Position numbers and translations under genes: made by a program
Notes under the pieces: generated by a model
What the model was told of the DNA's origin: nothing
Seen by the model: only the letters and a program-made list of their open reading frames with translations
The model's database searches: none
Part shown: piece by piece, positions 17,284-27,664 of the stretch
How positions within the stretch are numbered: position 1 is the stretch's first letter
Layout of the letters: each line of letters begins with the position of its first letter
Assembly: GCA_000434675.1 (NCBI GenBank)
Contig: HF988640.1
Coordinates: forward strand, 29,937-93,936
Direction: 5' to 3'
From: Faecalibacterium sp. CAG:1138
GTDB lineage: Bacteria; Bacillota; Clostridia; Christensenellales; CAG-917
Length of the DNA stretch: 64,000 nucleotides

Positions 17284-20142
17284 ATGGGAAACATCACAAT
17301 CAAAGGAGCAAACGAAAACAACCTCAAAAACGTGGATCTGACCATTCCGAGAGGGAAACTGGTGGTTTTCACGGGGCTTTCGGGAAGCGGAAAAAGCTCT
17401 TTGGCTTTCGACACCATTTTTGCCGAGGGACAAAGAAGATATATGGAAAGTCTGTCCAGCTATGCCCGTCAGTTTCTGGGGCAGATGGAAAAGCCTAACG
17501 TCGAGATGATCGACGGTCTTTCGCCTGCAATCGCGATAGATCAGAAGACCACGTCGCACAACCCTCGTTCGACCGTGGGCACCGTTACCGAAATTTACGA
17601 TTATCTCCGTCTTTTATACGCGCGCGTAGGCACGCCGCACTGCCCGAAATGCGGCAGAGTCATCGAAAAACAGTCGGTGGACGTTATATGCGACAAAATC
17701 CTTAAAAGCCAAAAAGGCAAAGTCATAGTTATGGCGCCGGTGGTCAGGGGCAGAAAGGGCGAATACGTCAAGCAGATCGAAAGCTACAAAAAAGCGGGCT
17801 ACACCCGAGTCAGAATCGACGGCATTGACTACACTTTGGACGAAGAACTGCCGAAGCTTGAAAAAAACGTCAAGCACACGATAAGCGTCGTCGTGGACAG
17901 GCTCGTCATAAAGGAAGGCGTGGAAAGGCGACTCACCGACAGCTTGGAGCTTGCCCTAAAGCTTGCCGAAGGGCTGGTTACGGTTGACGTTGATGGCACG
18001 GAATCGCTTTATTCCACAAACTACAGCTGCCCGGATTGCGACATAAGCATAGAGGAACTTTCTCCTCGCTCGTTCAGCTTCAACAATCCTTACGGAGCCT
18101 GTCCGGAATGTCTGGGACTGGGCTACAAATGCGTCATCGACACGGCCAAACTGGTCAAGGACGACAATCTTTCCATCGACGAAGGCGCTCTTGCGCCTGC
18201 AACCAACTGGGGCGTCGACGTTTCGCAAAGCTTCAACAGAACCATAAAAGCCATGGCCGACAAGTACGGGTTTTCGACGTCCGTGCCGTTCAAGGATTTG
18301 CCGAAAGAGGCCAAAAAAATGATTTTCTACGGCAACGACGGCGAGGAACTGGAAATCTTTTTCAGCCTTTACAGCAAAAAGACTTCCTATAAGGCGTCGT
18401 TCGACGGCATCGTGCCTATTCTGGAGCGCAGATATAAGGAAACCACTTCCGAAATGATGAAGGCCGAGCTTGACAAGCTTATGGTGGAAACCGACTGCGA
18501 CGTCTGCCACGGCAAACGCCTCAAAAAGGAAGTGCTGGCAGTCACCGTCGGCGGAAAAAACATCATAGAGCTGACGGATATGTCGGTGGTGAAAATTGCG
18601 GAGTTTTTCAAAAATCTTTCGCTCACCGAACAGCAGCAGATTATCGCAAAACAAATTATAAAGGAAATCACCGCAAGGTTGAACTTTCTGATAAACGTCG
18701 GGCTTGATTACCTGACGCTGTCCAGAACCTCCATGACGCTGTCCGGCGGCGAAAGCCAGAGAATAAGACTGGCCACGCAGATAGGCAGCGGCCTTACCGG
18801 CGTATTGTATATTCTGGACGAGCCGAGCATAGGCCTGCATCAAAAAGACAACAGCAAATTGCTTGCTTCTCTCAAAGGACTTAGAGATCTCGACAACACG
18901 CTTATCGTCGTCGAGCACGACGAGGAAACCATTCGTTCCGCAGATTTTATCGTTGACGTCGGCCCGGGCGCGGGCATTCACGGCGGCAACATCGTGGCGA
19001 CGGGAAGCGTCGAAGATATTATAAATTGTAAGGAATCGATAACCGGAAAATATCTTTCCGGCGAACTTAAAATCGAAGTTCCTAAAAAACGCAAGGCTCC
19101 CGACGGCAGGTATCTGGTCGTTAAAGGCGCAAAACAGAACAACCTCAAAAACGTGGACGTCAAAATCCCGGTGGGGCTTTTCACCTGCATAACGGGCGTT
19201 TCGGGAAGCGGCAAAAGCAGTCTGGTGAACGAAATAATTTATCCGCGCGTGGCAAACGCGATCAACAGATCTTCGCTTACTGAAGGCAAGGCCGACGGCG
19301 TGGAAGGTCTTGAATATTTCGACAAGGTCATTTCCATCGATCAGTCGCCGATAGGCAGAACGCCGCGCAGCAACCCTGCGACCTATACGGGAGTGTTCAC
19401 CGCGATAAGAGAGCTTTTTGCGGCAACTCCCGACAGCAAGGCGAGAGGTTACAAGGCGGGGCGTTACAGCTTCAATATTGCGGGAGGCAGATGCGAAAGC
19501 TGCTCGGGCGACGGCATAATCAGAATAGCCATGCACTTTTTGGCCGACGTTTACGTTCCTTGCGAGGTCTGCCACGGCAAACGTTACAACAGGGAGACGC
19601 TGGAAGTCAAATATAAGGGCAAAAACATCTTCGAGGTGCTGGATATGACGGTGGAAGAGGCCTGCGACTTTTTCAGAAACATTCCGTCGGTTTACAACAA
19701 AATCAAAACTCTTAAAGACGTGGGACTCGGGTATATCAAGCTCGGACAGTCGTCCACCACGCTTTCGGGCGGCGAAGCGCAGAGGGTAAAACTCGCAACC
19801 GAGCTTTCAAAGCGCAGCACGGGTAAGACGTTGTATATTCTGGACGAGCCGACCACCGGCCTTCACAGCGACGACGTTTCGAGGCTTGTGGATATTCTCA
19901 AAAAGTTCTCCGAAAACGGAAACACGGTGCTGGTGATAGAGCACAACCTCGACGTCATAAAAGTGGCGGATTATATCGTCGATCTCGGCCCTGACGGAGG
20001 GGACAGAGGCGGCAATATCGTGGGCGTCGGCACGCCTGAAGAAATTGCCGAAATCGAAAGCAGTTATACGGGCGAATACCTGAAACCGCTTTTGCAAAAA
20101 AATAGCGACAACAAAACACGGCCGATTTTCGACCAAAGATAA
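17284..20142 (+). CDS. uvrA: Excinuclease ABC subunit A
   Basis: 952 aa. Two ABC ATPase modules ('[12 protein letters not shown]', '[10 protein letters not shown]', 'LSGGESQR', 'LSGGEAQR') and zinc-finger Cys pairs. Confidence 0.97.
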   Translation: MGNITIKGANENNLKNVDLTIPRGKLVVFTGLSGSGKSSLAFDTIFAEGQRRYMESLSSYARQFLGQMEKPNVEMIDGLSPAIAIDQKTTSHNPRSTVGTVTEIYDYLRLLYARVGTPHCPKCGRVIEKQSVDVICDKILKSQKGKVIVMAPVVRGRKGEYVKQIESYKKAGYTRVRIDGIDYTLDEELPKLEKNVKHTISVVVDRLVIKEGVERRLTDSLELALKLAEGLVTVDVDGTESLYSTNYSCPDCDISIEELSPRSFSFNNPYGACPECLGLGYKCVIDTAKLVKDDNLSIDEGALAPATNWGVDVSQSFNRTIKAMADKYGFSTSVPFKDLPKEAKKMIFYGNDGEELEIFFSLYSKKTSYKASFDGIVPILERRYKETTSEMMKAELDKLMVETDCDVCHGKRLKKEVLAVTVGGKNIIELTDMSVVKIAEFFKNLSLTEQQQIIAKQIIKEITARLNFLINVGLDYLTLSRTSMTLSGGESQRIRLATQIGSGLTGVLYILDEPSIGLHQKDNSKLLASLKGLRDLDNTLIVVEHDEETIRSADFIVDVGPGAGIHGGNIVATGSVEDIINCKESITGKYLSGELKIEVPKKRKAPDGRYLVVKGAKQNNLKNVDVKIPVGLFTCITGVSGSGKSSLVNEIIYPRVANAINRSSLTEGKADGVEGLEYFDKVISIDQSPIGRTPRSNPATYTGVFTAIRELFAATPDSKARGYKAGRYSFNIAGGRCESCSGDGIIRIAMHFLADVYVPCEVCHGKRYNRETLEVKYKGKNIFEVLDMTVEEACDFFRNIPSVYNKIKTLKDVGLGYIKLGQSSTTLSGGEAQRVKLATELSKRSTGKTLYILDEPTTGLHSDDVSRLVDILKKFSENGNTVLVIEHNLDVIKVADYIVDLGPDGGDRGGNIVGVGTPEEIAEIESSYTGEYLKPLLQKNSDNKTRPIFDQR

Positions 20143-20158
20143 GAGGGAGGATTTACAA

Positions 20159-22207
20159 ATGAAAAAATTTCTTGCGACGATTTTTCTGATCGTCGGAGTT
20201 GCTCTTTTTGCGGGCATTGCAACAGCAAGTCCTGCGTTTGCTTTGGAACAAACCCAGAACATTGCCGTTTACAAAGCGTCCTCGGGCGAATATGTCGCCG
20301 AGTGGACACAAGTACCGGATAACTGCGGCTACGCGTTTTACTTTGCCGGAACGAGAAGCGTCACCGGAAAAGACGAAAACTTAATCGTTTTGGACGAAAG
20401 TCTGCTTACGGCAGGCGAAAACGAAATGTCGGTTGCGGCAATAGACTCCGCAGGCGCGGAAGGCGAAAAGAGAACTTTCGTCTACGAGCATTACGTTCCG
20501 TTTTCGGTGCCGGACGAACTGACTTTTTCGGAGGAAAGCAAAATTCTTTCCTGGACGGACGACAATGAAAACGCCACCTACGACGTTGTCATAAACAGAG
20601 TGCTTGTGGCCAACGATTTGACTGAAAAGCAAGTTGATTTGTCGGAATTTATCGTTAACGTAGGCATTTATGAAATCAAGGTTATGGCAAACGGTTCGGG
20701 CTACAGGCTTCCGTCGATGTTCTCGAACTCGGTTGTATATACCGAAAGGAGAGCGCTCACCGCGCCGCAAAACCTTTCGTTTTATAATGTGGACGGCAAA
20801 ATCACCGCGTCGTGGAGCGAGGTCGACAACGCCGAAAACTATCTTGTGGAAATCAAAAAAGACGGCGCGGTTTTAAGCAGTTTTCCTGTGACCGACACGA
20901 GCGCCGACATCTCTGAGTACGTTACGGAAGTGGCAGAATACGAAATTTCCGTCGTTGCGGACTCGGCGGACGATTCTTTTTATACGGGATCCGAAAAGAT
21001 AACGGCAACGTATAAAAATCTCGGCAGCTTGGACGCTCCCGTACTTACGGTGGAAGGAACCGTCGTTTCGTGGGAAGCGGTGGAAAACGCTTCCGTGTAT
21101 TCGGTGGCCGTGGACGGAGTGCCCGCAGGCGGCGAAATAACGAAAACTTCGTTCGACTTTTCGGAACTGGTGAAAGCAGTCGGCGCGCATAAAATTTCGG
21201 TGCAGGCAGAGGAAAACGGTCTCTACGTCGCAAGCGAAATTTCGGTTGTTTATTATTATACTTACGGCAAGCTCGACGCTCCTGTCGCAACTCTCAGCGG
21301 AAGCGTGCTATCCTGGACTGAGGTAGAGAATGCAAAGGACTACACGGTAATGCTTGACGGCGCCATTTTGGACGAGCACGTCTGCCGCGCGACTTTCGAT
21401 TTGTCAGGTTACGTTGCTGCGGCGGGAAGCTATGAGGTTTCGGTAAAAGCCAACGAAATCGGATTCTATAACGAGAGCGACGCTTGTTCTGTCACTTATG
21501 TTCTCACCGTAAGCCTCGGCAAAACCGAAGCCGCATTCGACGAAAGCACCCTCACGCTAAAGTGGAATGCCGTAGTGGGCGCAACCGTCTACGTAGTTTT
21601 GGTGGACGGAAAGGTTATCTGCGAAACGAAAAATTTGTCCTACACGTTTGACGGAACGATTTTCACCGATTCGAAAACCTACGTTTTGTCCGTTTACGCC
21701 AAAGGTTACAACAATTTTGACGACGGCGAAAAGGCCGAAGTGAACTTTAAGAACGTGATTTCTCAAACCAAACGCAAGATTGTCATTGACGGCATAAACG
21801 GCGGTCTCGAAAGATTGTTGCAAAAGGGTTACGTCGCTTACATAGTGTCCGATACAGAGATGAAAGCCGAAAGCTTGGGAGAAGAAATATTCTCTTCGGA
21901 CGGCACGCTTGCCGTTGATCTTTCGAAATATAACGGATTAAAACTCGGTTTGATCGAAAAGTATTCCGATGCAGACGAAGAAGTGGTTCTTTATGAATTA
22001 ACCGCGATATCCGACGGAGATATAGTGGTCAAATGCACGAAATATTCGATTGCATCGTCGGAGTTTAATTTTTTAAATAACGAAAATTTGCAGGAGGGCA
22101 TCGCTATTGCGGATAAAGTTCTTGTCAACGTCGGAGAAGGCGGTCACACTATAACCATAGTCGGCGGCGTTTCGATTGTTGACTATGTTTCTCTTACGGT
22201 GAAATAA
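20159..22207 (+). CDS. Secreted protein built from ~6 FN3-like repeats plus a C-terminal beta domain
   Basis: Sec signal 'LFAGIATASPAFA'. Repeats of ~90 aa begin 'L(D/T)APV.T..G..(V/L)SW..VENA..Y.V..DG'. Confidence 0.75.
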   Translation: MKKFLATIFLIVGVALFAGIATASPAFALEQTQNIAVYKASSGEYVAEWTQVPDNCGYAFYFAGTRSVTGKDENLIVLDESLLTAGENEMSVAAIDSAGAEGEKRTFVYEHYVPFSVPDELTFSEESKILSWTDDNENATYDVVINRVLVANDLTEKQVDLSEFIVNVGIYEIKVMANGSGYRLPSMFSNSVVYTERRALTAPQNLSFYNVDGKITASWSEVDNAENYLVEIKKDGAVLSSFPVTDTSADISEYVTEVAEYEISVVADSADDSFYTGSEKITATYKNLGSLDAPVLTVEGTVVSWEAVENASVYSVAVDGVPAGGEITKTSFDFSELVKAVGAHKISVQAEENGLYVASEISVVYYYTYGKLDAPVATLSGSVLSWTEVENAKDYTVMLDGAILDEHVCRATFDLSGYVAAAGSYEVSVKANEIGFYNESDACSVTYVLTVSLGKTEAAFDESTLTLKWNAVVGATVYVVLVDGKVICETKNLSYTFDGTIFTDSKTYVLSVYAKGYNNFDDGEKAEVNFKNVISQTKRKIVIDGINGGLERLLQKGYVAYIVSDTEMKAESLGEEIFSSDGTLAVDLSKYNGLKLGLIEKYSDADEEVVLYELTAISDGDIVVKCTKYSIASSEFNFLNNENLQEGIAIADKVLVNVGEGGHTITIVGGVSIVDYVSLTVK

Positions 22208-22281
22208 TTTGGAAAAGCTGTTTACAAACGGCCGAATATAATGTAAAATTAAATTTAGATTGACTATCTTCGGAGGATTTT

Positions 22282-23871
22282 ATGGGAACTTTTGTTATAG
22301 CTTACGACGTTGGCACGACCGGCATCAAAACCTGTTTGTTTGAAATCGACAAGGAAATCAGGCTGGTTGAGTCTGCAATGTGCGGCTACAATCTTTACGT
22401 TTTCGAAAACGGCGGCGCCGAGCAGGACGCAGACGAATGGTGGCACGCAATGTGCGTTACGACAAAAGCTATTTTCCATAAGTCCGACATAAAGCCGTCC
22501 GACATCAAGGGCATAAGTTTCTGCAGCCAGATGCAAGGTCTGGTGCTTGTCGACAAGGAAGGCAACGCCGTCCGTCGTCCGATGAGCTATATGGATCAAA
22601 GAGCGAAAGAAGAAATCAAAAAGGGCATAGCGCACGGCTTCCAGATTGCGGGAGCAAACGTGTTCAAGCTGATCAAATCCATAATGATAACCGGCGCGGT
22701 TTCGGCCAGCGTAAAAGACCCTGTCTGGAAATATAAATGGATCGAAGCGCACGAGCCTGAAAACTTCAAAAAAGCGTATAAATGGCTTGACGTTAAGGAA
22801 TATCTCATCGGTCGTACCACCGGCAGATTCGTGATGACCAGGGACAGCGCTTTCGGTACGCTCATTTACGACATACATAAAAAAGAATGGTCCAAGTCTA
22901 TGTGCAAGATGTTCCGCCTGAACGTCGATCACCTGGCCGAAATCATCGATTGCACCGACCTCGTCGGCGGAATCACCGAAAAAGCGGCAAGGGAACTGGG
23001 ACTTGAGGAAGGCACTCCGGTGTTTGGCGGCGGCGGTGACGCAAGCCTTATCGGCGTGGGCGCAGGCGCAACGGCCGTGGGCGACACTCATGTTTATTCC
23101 GGAACCAGCGGCTGGATCGGCACCGTAACCGACAGATCCGTGGTTGACGCTTCCAACATGATCGCGGCAATCGTGGGCGCAGAAGACGGAAAATACAACT
23201 ATTTCGCCGAAATGGAAACCAGCGGCAAATGCCTCGAATGGGTTAAAAATCACCTCGCTCTCGACGAAATCGACATCTATCTCGAAAAGCATGACGTAAC
23301 CGAAAGCTTAGAGGCGGAATACACCAGCCTCTACGACTATATGACCTCCGTCATAAAAGACGTGCCTGCGGGTTGCGACGGCGTCATTTTCACTCCGTGG
23401 CTGCACGGCAACAGATGCCCGTTTGAAGATCCGAACGCAAAGGGAATGTTCTTCAATATCGGCCTGGAAACCGGCAAACGCCAGCTTATCCGCGCCGTTA
23501 TCGAAGGCATCTGCTTCCACAAACGTTGGATGCTCGAGGCGGAAGGCAAAAAAGTTAAAACCTCCGATCCGATCAGGTTCGTCGGCGGCGGCGCTTTGAG
23601 CGCGGTAACCTGCCAGATTCTTGCGGACGTAACGGGCAAAACCATCGAAACGGTTGCCAGCCCGCAAAACGTAGGCGCAGTCGGTGCGGCGGCTCTTGTG
23701 GGCGTAGGCCTGGGGCTCATCAAAAATCTGGACGAAGTCAAAAACTTCATTCCGGTCGTGGCCACCTACAAGCCTAATCCGGAGCTTAAACCTATCTACG
23801 ACAGAAACTTCGAGGTCTTCAAAAATCTCTACAAGAGCAACAAGAAAAACTTTGCAATCCTGAATAAGTAG
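22282..23871 (+). CDS. FGGY-family carbohydrate kinase (xylulokinase/glycerol-kinase-like)
   Basis: 'IAYDVGTTGIKTCLF' N-terminal ATPase motif and a C-terminal 'FVGGGALS' motif. 529 aa. Confidence 0.9.
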   Translation: MGTFVIAYDVGTTGIKTCLFEIDKEIRLVESAMCGYNLYVFENGGAEQDADEWWHAMCVTTKAIFHKSDIKPSDIKGISFCSQMQGLVLVDKEGNAVRRPMSYMDQRAKEEIKKGIAHGFQIAGANVFKLIKSIMITGAVSASVKDPVWKYKWIEAHEPENFKKAYKWLDVKEYLIGRTTGRFVMTRDSAFGTLIYDIHKKEWSKSMCKMFRLNVDHLAEIIDCTDLVGGITEKAARELGLEEGTPVFGGGGDASLIGVGAGATAVGDTHVYSGTSGWIGTVTDRSVVDASNMIAAIVGAEDGKYNYFAEMETSGKCLEWVKNHLALDEIDIYLEKHDVTESLEAEYTSLYDYMTSVIKDVPAGCDGVIFTPWLHGNRCPFEDPNAKGMFFNIGLETGKRQLIRAVIEGICFHKRWMLEAEGKKVKTSDPIRFVGGGALSAVTCQILADVTGKTIETVASPQNVGAVGAAALVGVGLGLIKNLDEVKNFIPVVATYKPNPELKPIYDRNFEVFKNLYKSNKKNFAILNK

Positions 23872-23885
23872 TTTCAAAAAATAAG

Positions 23886-23911
23886 CCACGCTCGTTTGAG
23901 CGTGGTTTTTT
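23886..23911. terminator. Bidirectional terminator (kinase gene / DUF4363 gene)
   Basis: CCACGCTC-GTTT-GAGCGTGG followed by T6, with an A-run upstream. Confidence 0.75.
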
Positions 23912-24290
23912 ACATAAGGCCTATCAAATCGAAGGAAACGGTTTTCCGCACGTTTTCGATAAGAATTATGGTGCTTGCGGTTTTTGACGACGCGTTCTGC
24001 AAATCGTCCACTTCGAGGGAACCTTCTATTTCGCCGAGGGTAACGGGAATCTGGCGCATTTCGGTGGAGTAGTCGAACATTTCGACGTAAATTCGTTCCT
24101 TTTCCCACCATTCGATAAGCGCCGTGCAGGCGTCAAGCGCATCGGCGGTTTTCTTTTCGTCAACCAGTCTGTCAAGCTCGTTTATGCGAAAAGTCAGCTC
24201 GTCAAACACGTTTTTCACGCGGACGTGATCGTAAATTCCGAATGCCAGAATGAGAACCAGTATACAAATGACAACGATAAGTTTTTTCAT
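23910..24290 (-). CDS. DUF4363-like small membrane-anchored protein
   Basis: 126 aa with an N-terminal TM. Adjacent to and co-oriented with a DUF421 gene, the usual pairing; family assignment is from memory. Confidence 0.65.
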   Translation of the reverse strand: MKKLIVVICILVLILAFGIYDHVRVKNVFDELTFRINELDRLVDEKKTADALDACTALIEWWEKERIYVEMFDYSTEMRQIPVTLGEIEGSLEVDDLQNASSKTASTIILIENVRKTVSFDLIGLM

Positions 24291-24292
24291 AT

Positions 24293-24991
24293 CTAAAAGT
24301 TTATGGACGACAGTTGACCGTCGTAAGATTGCACGATAGCAATTTTAGATTGCGTAATCGTGAGGATAAACACGTCTTTTTGCTCCAAACCGATTTCTTT
24401 CAGCTTGTTTTCGATTTCGTCTTTTGAAGGCGCAAAGTCAAGCAGCGAAAGGTTTTCGGCCATAAACCGCCCCTCGACGATGACGGTGTACGGAAGCTCC
24501 ACTGGCTTTTCCGGAAGATTCATGTCGCCGCAGGTAACTTCGCCCGACGAGTAGGCCGGCAGGACGGAAATTTTGCCGTTAGTCTCCAAAATGGCAAACT
24601 CCACCTGATCGAGCGAAAAATATCCTTGCGCTCTCAAACTTGCCATAAGGTCGTTGACGCTGAGGCCGGTTTGGCCGAGAGCCTTGACGTCGATGTTGCC
24701 TTCTGAAATGACGATTATAGGCTTTCCGTTCACAAGCTTTCTGAAGCGCTGGCTCTTTTGGCCGACAAACGTCAGCGCGACGTGGGTTATTAAAAGCGCA
24801 AGCATAGGCAGAATTCCGTATATGAAAGGTATGGACGGATCGCTCATCGGCATGCAAGCAAGGTCGGAAACCACCAGCGTGATGGCAAGCTCGTAGGGTT
24901 GCATTTCGCCGAGTTGCCGCTTCCCCATAAGGCGCATGACGGCAATCAGCGCAAAATATAGTATGATGGTTCTGACAAAAATCGTAAGCAT
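24293..24991 (-). CDS. DUF421 (YetF-like) membrane protein
   Basis: Start set at 'MLTIFVRTIILYFALIAVMRLMGKRQLGEMQPYELA', the characteristic DUF421 N-terminus. The C-terminal soluble domain is present. Confidence 0.8.
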   Translation of the reverse strand: MLTIFVRTIILYFALIAVMRLMGKRQLGEMQPYELAITLVVSDLACMPMSDPSIPFIYGILPMLALLITHVALTFVGQKSQRFRKLVNGKPIIVISEGNIDVKALGQTGLSVNDLMASLRAQGYFSLDQVEFAILETNGKISVLPAYSSGEVTCGDMNLPEKPVELPYTVIVEGRFMAENLSLLDFAPSKDEIENKLKEIGLEQKDVFILTITQSKIAIVQSYDGQLSSINF

Positions 24992-25034
24992 AACGCTATT
25001 ATCGTCACGCGGCAGATTTTTTATACGAATTGAA

Positions 25035-25063
25035 TTGCAAAATAACAAAAAGCCGTGTATAAT
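25035..25063 (+). promoter_or_regulatory. Promoter of the THF riboswitch-folT unit
   Basis: TTGCAA (25035-25040), 17-nt spacer, TATAAT (25058-25063). Confidence 0.65.
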
Positions 25064-25069
25064 TTATAT

Positions 25070-25166
25070 CAGCAGAGTAGGCAAGTCGCGTTAAGTGTTG
25101 CGGAATGGAATGTTGTCCGCAAACGAAAGGGGATTCTCTGCGGTGGCTTGCCGCATTCGTTGCTTA
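25070..25166 (+). promoter_or_regulatory. THF (tetrahydrofolate, folT-motif) riboswitch
   Basis: AGAGUAG..UCGCGUUAAGUG..GAAUGGAAUGU..CGCAAACGAA..GCGGUG..GCAUUCG matches block-for-block the remembered THF-I aptamer consensus. It lies directly upstream of an ECF S-component gene. Confidence 0.85.
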
Positions 25167-25221
25167 GTTTATACGGTTGTATAACCATGCTCGAATCTCT
25201 GAATTTGTCGGAGGTTTTTTT

Positions 25222-25743
25222 ATGAACAAAAAAATTAATACGCAAAAAATTGCTTACGCCGCGCTTTTCGTTGCGGTTTCGGCGGTGCTGAACTGTCTGT
25301 CGGCGCAAACCACCGCCTTAAGCCTGTCGCTAACCTATATTCCGTCGATAATCGCAGGAATATATATGGGGCCGTTCGTCGGATTTTTGGTGGGAGCCTT
25401 GGGCGACGGAGTGGGGTGCCTGCTGTTTCCGCACGGCGCGTGGTTGCCGCTTCTGACGCTTGCCTCCGGGCTGACGGGGGTTATGCCGTGGATAGCAAAA
25501 CGCATTTTCGGCGAAAATCTGGCGGCGATGATAGCGGCGGCATATCTGCTGACGCTCGTCGTTTGCACTTTGGGCATAAACACCACCACGCTTTGGTACA
25601 CGTTTTTCCGAAGCAAAAAGACGCTTTGGGTGTATATGGGCGGCAGAATTATGTCGCAGGGTTTGGTTCTGCTGCTGAACGCCGCGCTGACGTTCGTGCT
25701 GGTGCCGTTTTGCGACAAATATCTGAAAAAACTCGGCCTATGA
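25222..25743 (+). CDS. folT: ECF-transporter S component, folate family
   Basis: 173 aa, 5-6 TM, start ATG 25222 after RBS GGAGG. Substrate is assigned from the upstream THF riboswitch. Confidence 0.8.
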   Translation: MNKKINTQKIAYAALFVAVSAVLNCLSAQTTALSLSLTYIPSIIAGIYMGPFVGFLVGALGDGVGCLLFPHGAWLPLLTLASGLTGVMPWIAKRIFGENLAAMIAAAYLLTLVVCTLGINTTTLWYTFFRSKKTLWVYMGGRIMSQGLVLLLNAALTFVLVPFCDKYLKKLGL

Positions 25744-25750
25744 TAGTTTT

Positions 25751-27262
25751 TTATCCTTTCGCCTTTTTCGGCAGCCTGACAAGGGCTGTCGTTTTTCTTT
25801 TCGGAAGAACTGCCTCGGCGTCAACGATGCCGAACGCCCACAGCGTAACCGCATAAGCAAGGCAGGAAACGAACGCAGGAACGATGACCACCACGGCAAT
25901 CGGCGCGCGAAGCAGAAGCAGGTTTTTCAGAAGGTAGCACAAAAGCGCGGACGGCGCGGCCGCAAATACGGCGGAAATCGGTTTTTTGAAGTTGAGTTCC
26001 AAGCCTTCTTTTTTCAGAAGAACCGAAAAATTCAGAAACGTGGTTGTGCCGAAGCACAACAGCATGCCGCAAAGTATGGCGTAAACCCCGATTTTTGCAG
26101 GAAGAACGAACAGGCACGCCACGGTTACCAGTGAACCTATAACGAAGTGCAGAAAGGTGGTTCTTTCACGGCCGAGGCTGTTGAGCACGCTGGTGCTGAT
26201 TTGGTTAAGCTCCAACGGATATATTATGACGGCCGCAATGCCGACGTATTTTCCGGCGCGCGAATCGTTAAATAAAAACGTCCCTATGCTTTCGCCGAGA
26301 GTCGCGTAAACCAGAACGAAAAAACTGCCTATAATGGCCGCAAACAGGGTTGCAGAGTCGATTTTGCGACATAAACCGGTTTTTTGGCTGCTTGCGACCT
26401 CCGGAACGAGCACCGTGGCAAGCGCGCCGGTTATGGCGAGCGGCGCCATCAAAAGAGGCAAACTCATGCCGGTGACTCTGCCGTAATCGGCGGTGGCTTC
26501 GGACGGAGTCATGCCGCTTCTTACGAGGATAAAAGGCACGATAACCGCCGTCAGACTGCTGACCAAGCTCCCCGAAATTCGTATGAGAGTTATGGGAACG
26601 GCGCTTTTTACGGTCGGTTTGACGTCAGAGGGCTTTTTAAGCCTGCCGCCGATGGCAAAATAGATGGCAGAAAGCACCGCACCGCTTACAAGGTCCGAAA
26701 TTAAAAACGAAAAAGCGATGCCCGTCGCCCCGTTAAAGGGGCTTTTTTTGCTGCAAAACGCAATGCAGGACAGCACGCGGACCACCTCTTCCGAAAGTTC
26801 GGCGACGGAGAAGGCGAAGTATTGCTTCTTTCCCAAAAAATACGCCCTTACGACGGCGTAAACGGAGGTTGAGAGCAGCGTCGGCAGAACGATAAAAAAC
26901 ACGGGCAAAGCCCTTTTGTCGCCGAATAATACGGCCAAATTGTCGCCGCAGGCGTAAAATACGGCAATAAGGCAAGCGGAAATCGTTCCGCAAATCAAAA
27001 GGCCGGACGAAACCAGTCGGCCGGCTTTTTCGTCGCCATCGAGAGCCGCGATTCGCCTCGACAGCACGAGCGGCACGCCGCTTGACGCCACTGCGGACAA
27101 CAAAAACAGCACCGAAAGCGCCATCTGATAAAGCCCCACGGCTTCCGCGCCCAGTTTTCTGCCGACGTAAACTTTGAACAAAAAACCGACGGCTCTCGTG
27201 GCCACCCCGAATACGGTGACCAAAGCAACGGCTTTGTAAATTTTGCTTCCCGAACTTTTCAT
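25751..27262 (-). CDS. MOP-superfamily flippase (MurJ/SpoVB-like polysaccharide biosynthesis protein)
   Basis: About 500 aa, 12-14 TM. N-terminus 'IYKAVALVTVFGVATRAVGFLFKVYVGRKLGAEAVGLYQMA' is typical of the family. Start set at 'MKSSGSK'. Confidence 0.8.
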   Translation of the reverse strand: MKSSGSKIYKAVALVTVFGVATRAVGFLFKVYVGRKLGAEAVGLYQMALSVLFLLSAVASSGVPLVLSRRIAALDGDEKAGRLVSSGLLICGTISACLIAVFYACGDNLAVLFGDKRALPVFFIVLPTLLSTSVYAVVRAYFLGKKQYFAFSVAELSEEVVRVLSCIAFCSKKSPFNGATGIAFSFLISDLVSGAVLSAIYFAIGGRLKKPSDVKPTVKSAVPITLIRISGSLVSSLTAVIVPFILVRSGMTPSEATADYGRVTGMSLPLLMAPLAITGALATVLVPEVASSQKTGLCRKIDSATLFAAIIGSFFVLVYATLGESIGTFLFNDSRAGKYVGIAAVIIYPLELNQISTSVLNSLGRERTTFLHFVIGSLVTVACLFVLPAKIGVYAILCGMLLCFGTTTFLNFSVLLKKEGLELNFKKPISAVFAAAPSALLCYLLKNLLLLRAPIAVVVIVPAFVSCLAYAVTLWAFGIVDAEAVLPKRKTTALVRLPKKAKG

Positions 27263-27347
27263 ACTGAATATGTATGAGAAATCGGTTTGTTTTATGTCCG
27301 CCACGCGCCGCGGCAAAATAAAAAAAGACCGCCCCGAAGGCGCTCTT

Positions 27348-27572
27348 TTATCTGTATTCCGACGTGCCGATAAGGTAATCGACGCTCACCTCGAAATAGG
27401 CCGAAAGCTTGAACAGGGCAGAAGCGGAAGGCTCCTGCTTTCCGTTTTCCCAGTAGCTTATGCTTGCGTTGGACAGCCCAAGGTCCTTTGCAAGCTTGTT
27501 TTGACCTATTTCTTTTTCTGCGCGAAGCTCCTTTAAGCGTTCGGCGAAAACTTCCCTTGAATATTCTTTCAT
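27348..27572 (-). CDS. XRE-family HTH transcriptional regulator
   Basis: 74 aa. 'FAERLKELRAEKEIGQNKLAKDLGLSNASISYWENGKQEPS' is a canonical Cro/C1 HTH. Confidence 0.9.
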   Translation of the reverse strand: MKEYSREVFAERLKELRAEKEIGQNKLAKDLGLSNASISYWENGKQEPSASALFKLSAYFEVSVDYLIGTSEYR

Positions 27573-27588
27573 ATAAATATCCTAACAA

Positions 27589-27634
27589 TAATTAGAACAA
27601 AAGTCTTGACATCTAATTATAATTAGAATACAAT
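27589..27634 (+). promoter_or_regulatory. Promoter of the TM2 gene with two TAATTAGAA direct repeats (candidate XRE operator)
   Basis: TTGACA (27606-27611), 17-nt spacer, TACAAT (27629-27634). TAATTAGAA occurs at 27589-27597 and at 27620-27628; the second copy sits inside the spacer. Confidence 0.55.
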
Positions 27635-27664
27635 ATAATTATCAAACTATACGGGAGGAATAAA

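Noticed and set aside
17956-19575. 539-aa minus-strand ORF inside uvrA. Similar antisense ORFs sit inside the FGGY kinase (22264-23292), hydrogenase (47580-48647), serS (52287-53420), leuS (53669-54637, 54854-55894), pepT (35569-36504), the ABC genes and the phosphoesterase (57518-58486, 59276-60175).
   Set aside because: All are mirror frames of unambiguous, motif-bearing genes on the other strand. Their products are Arg/Gly/Val/Phe-rich nonsense without motifs.
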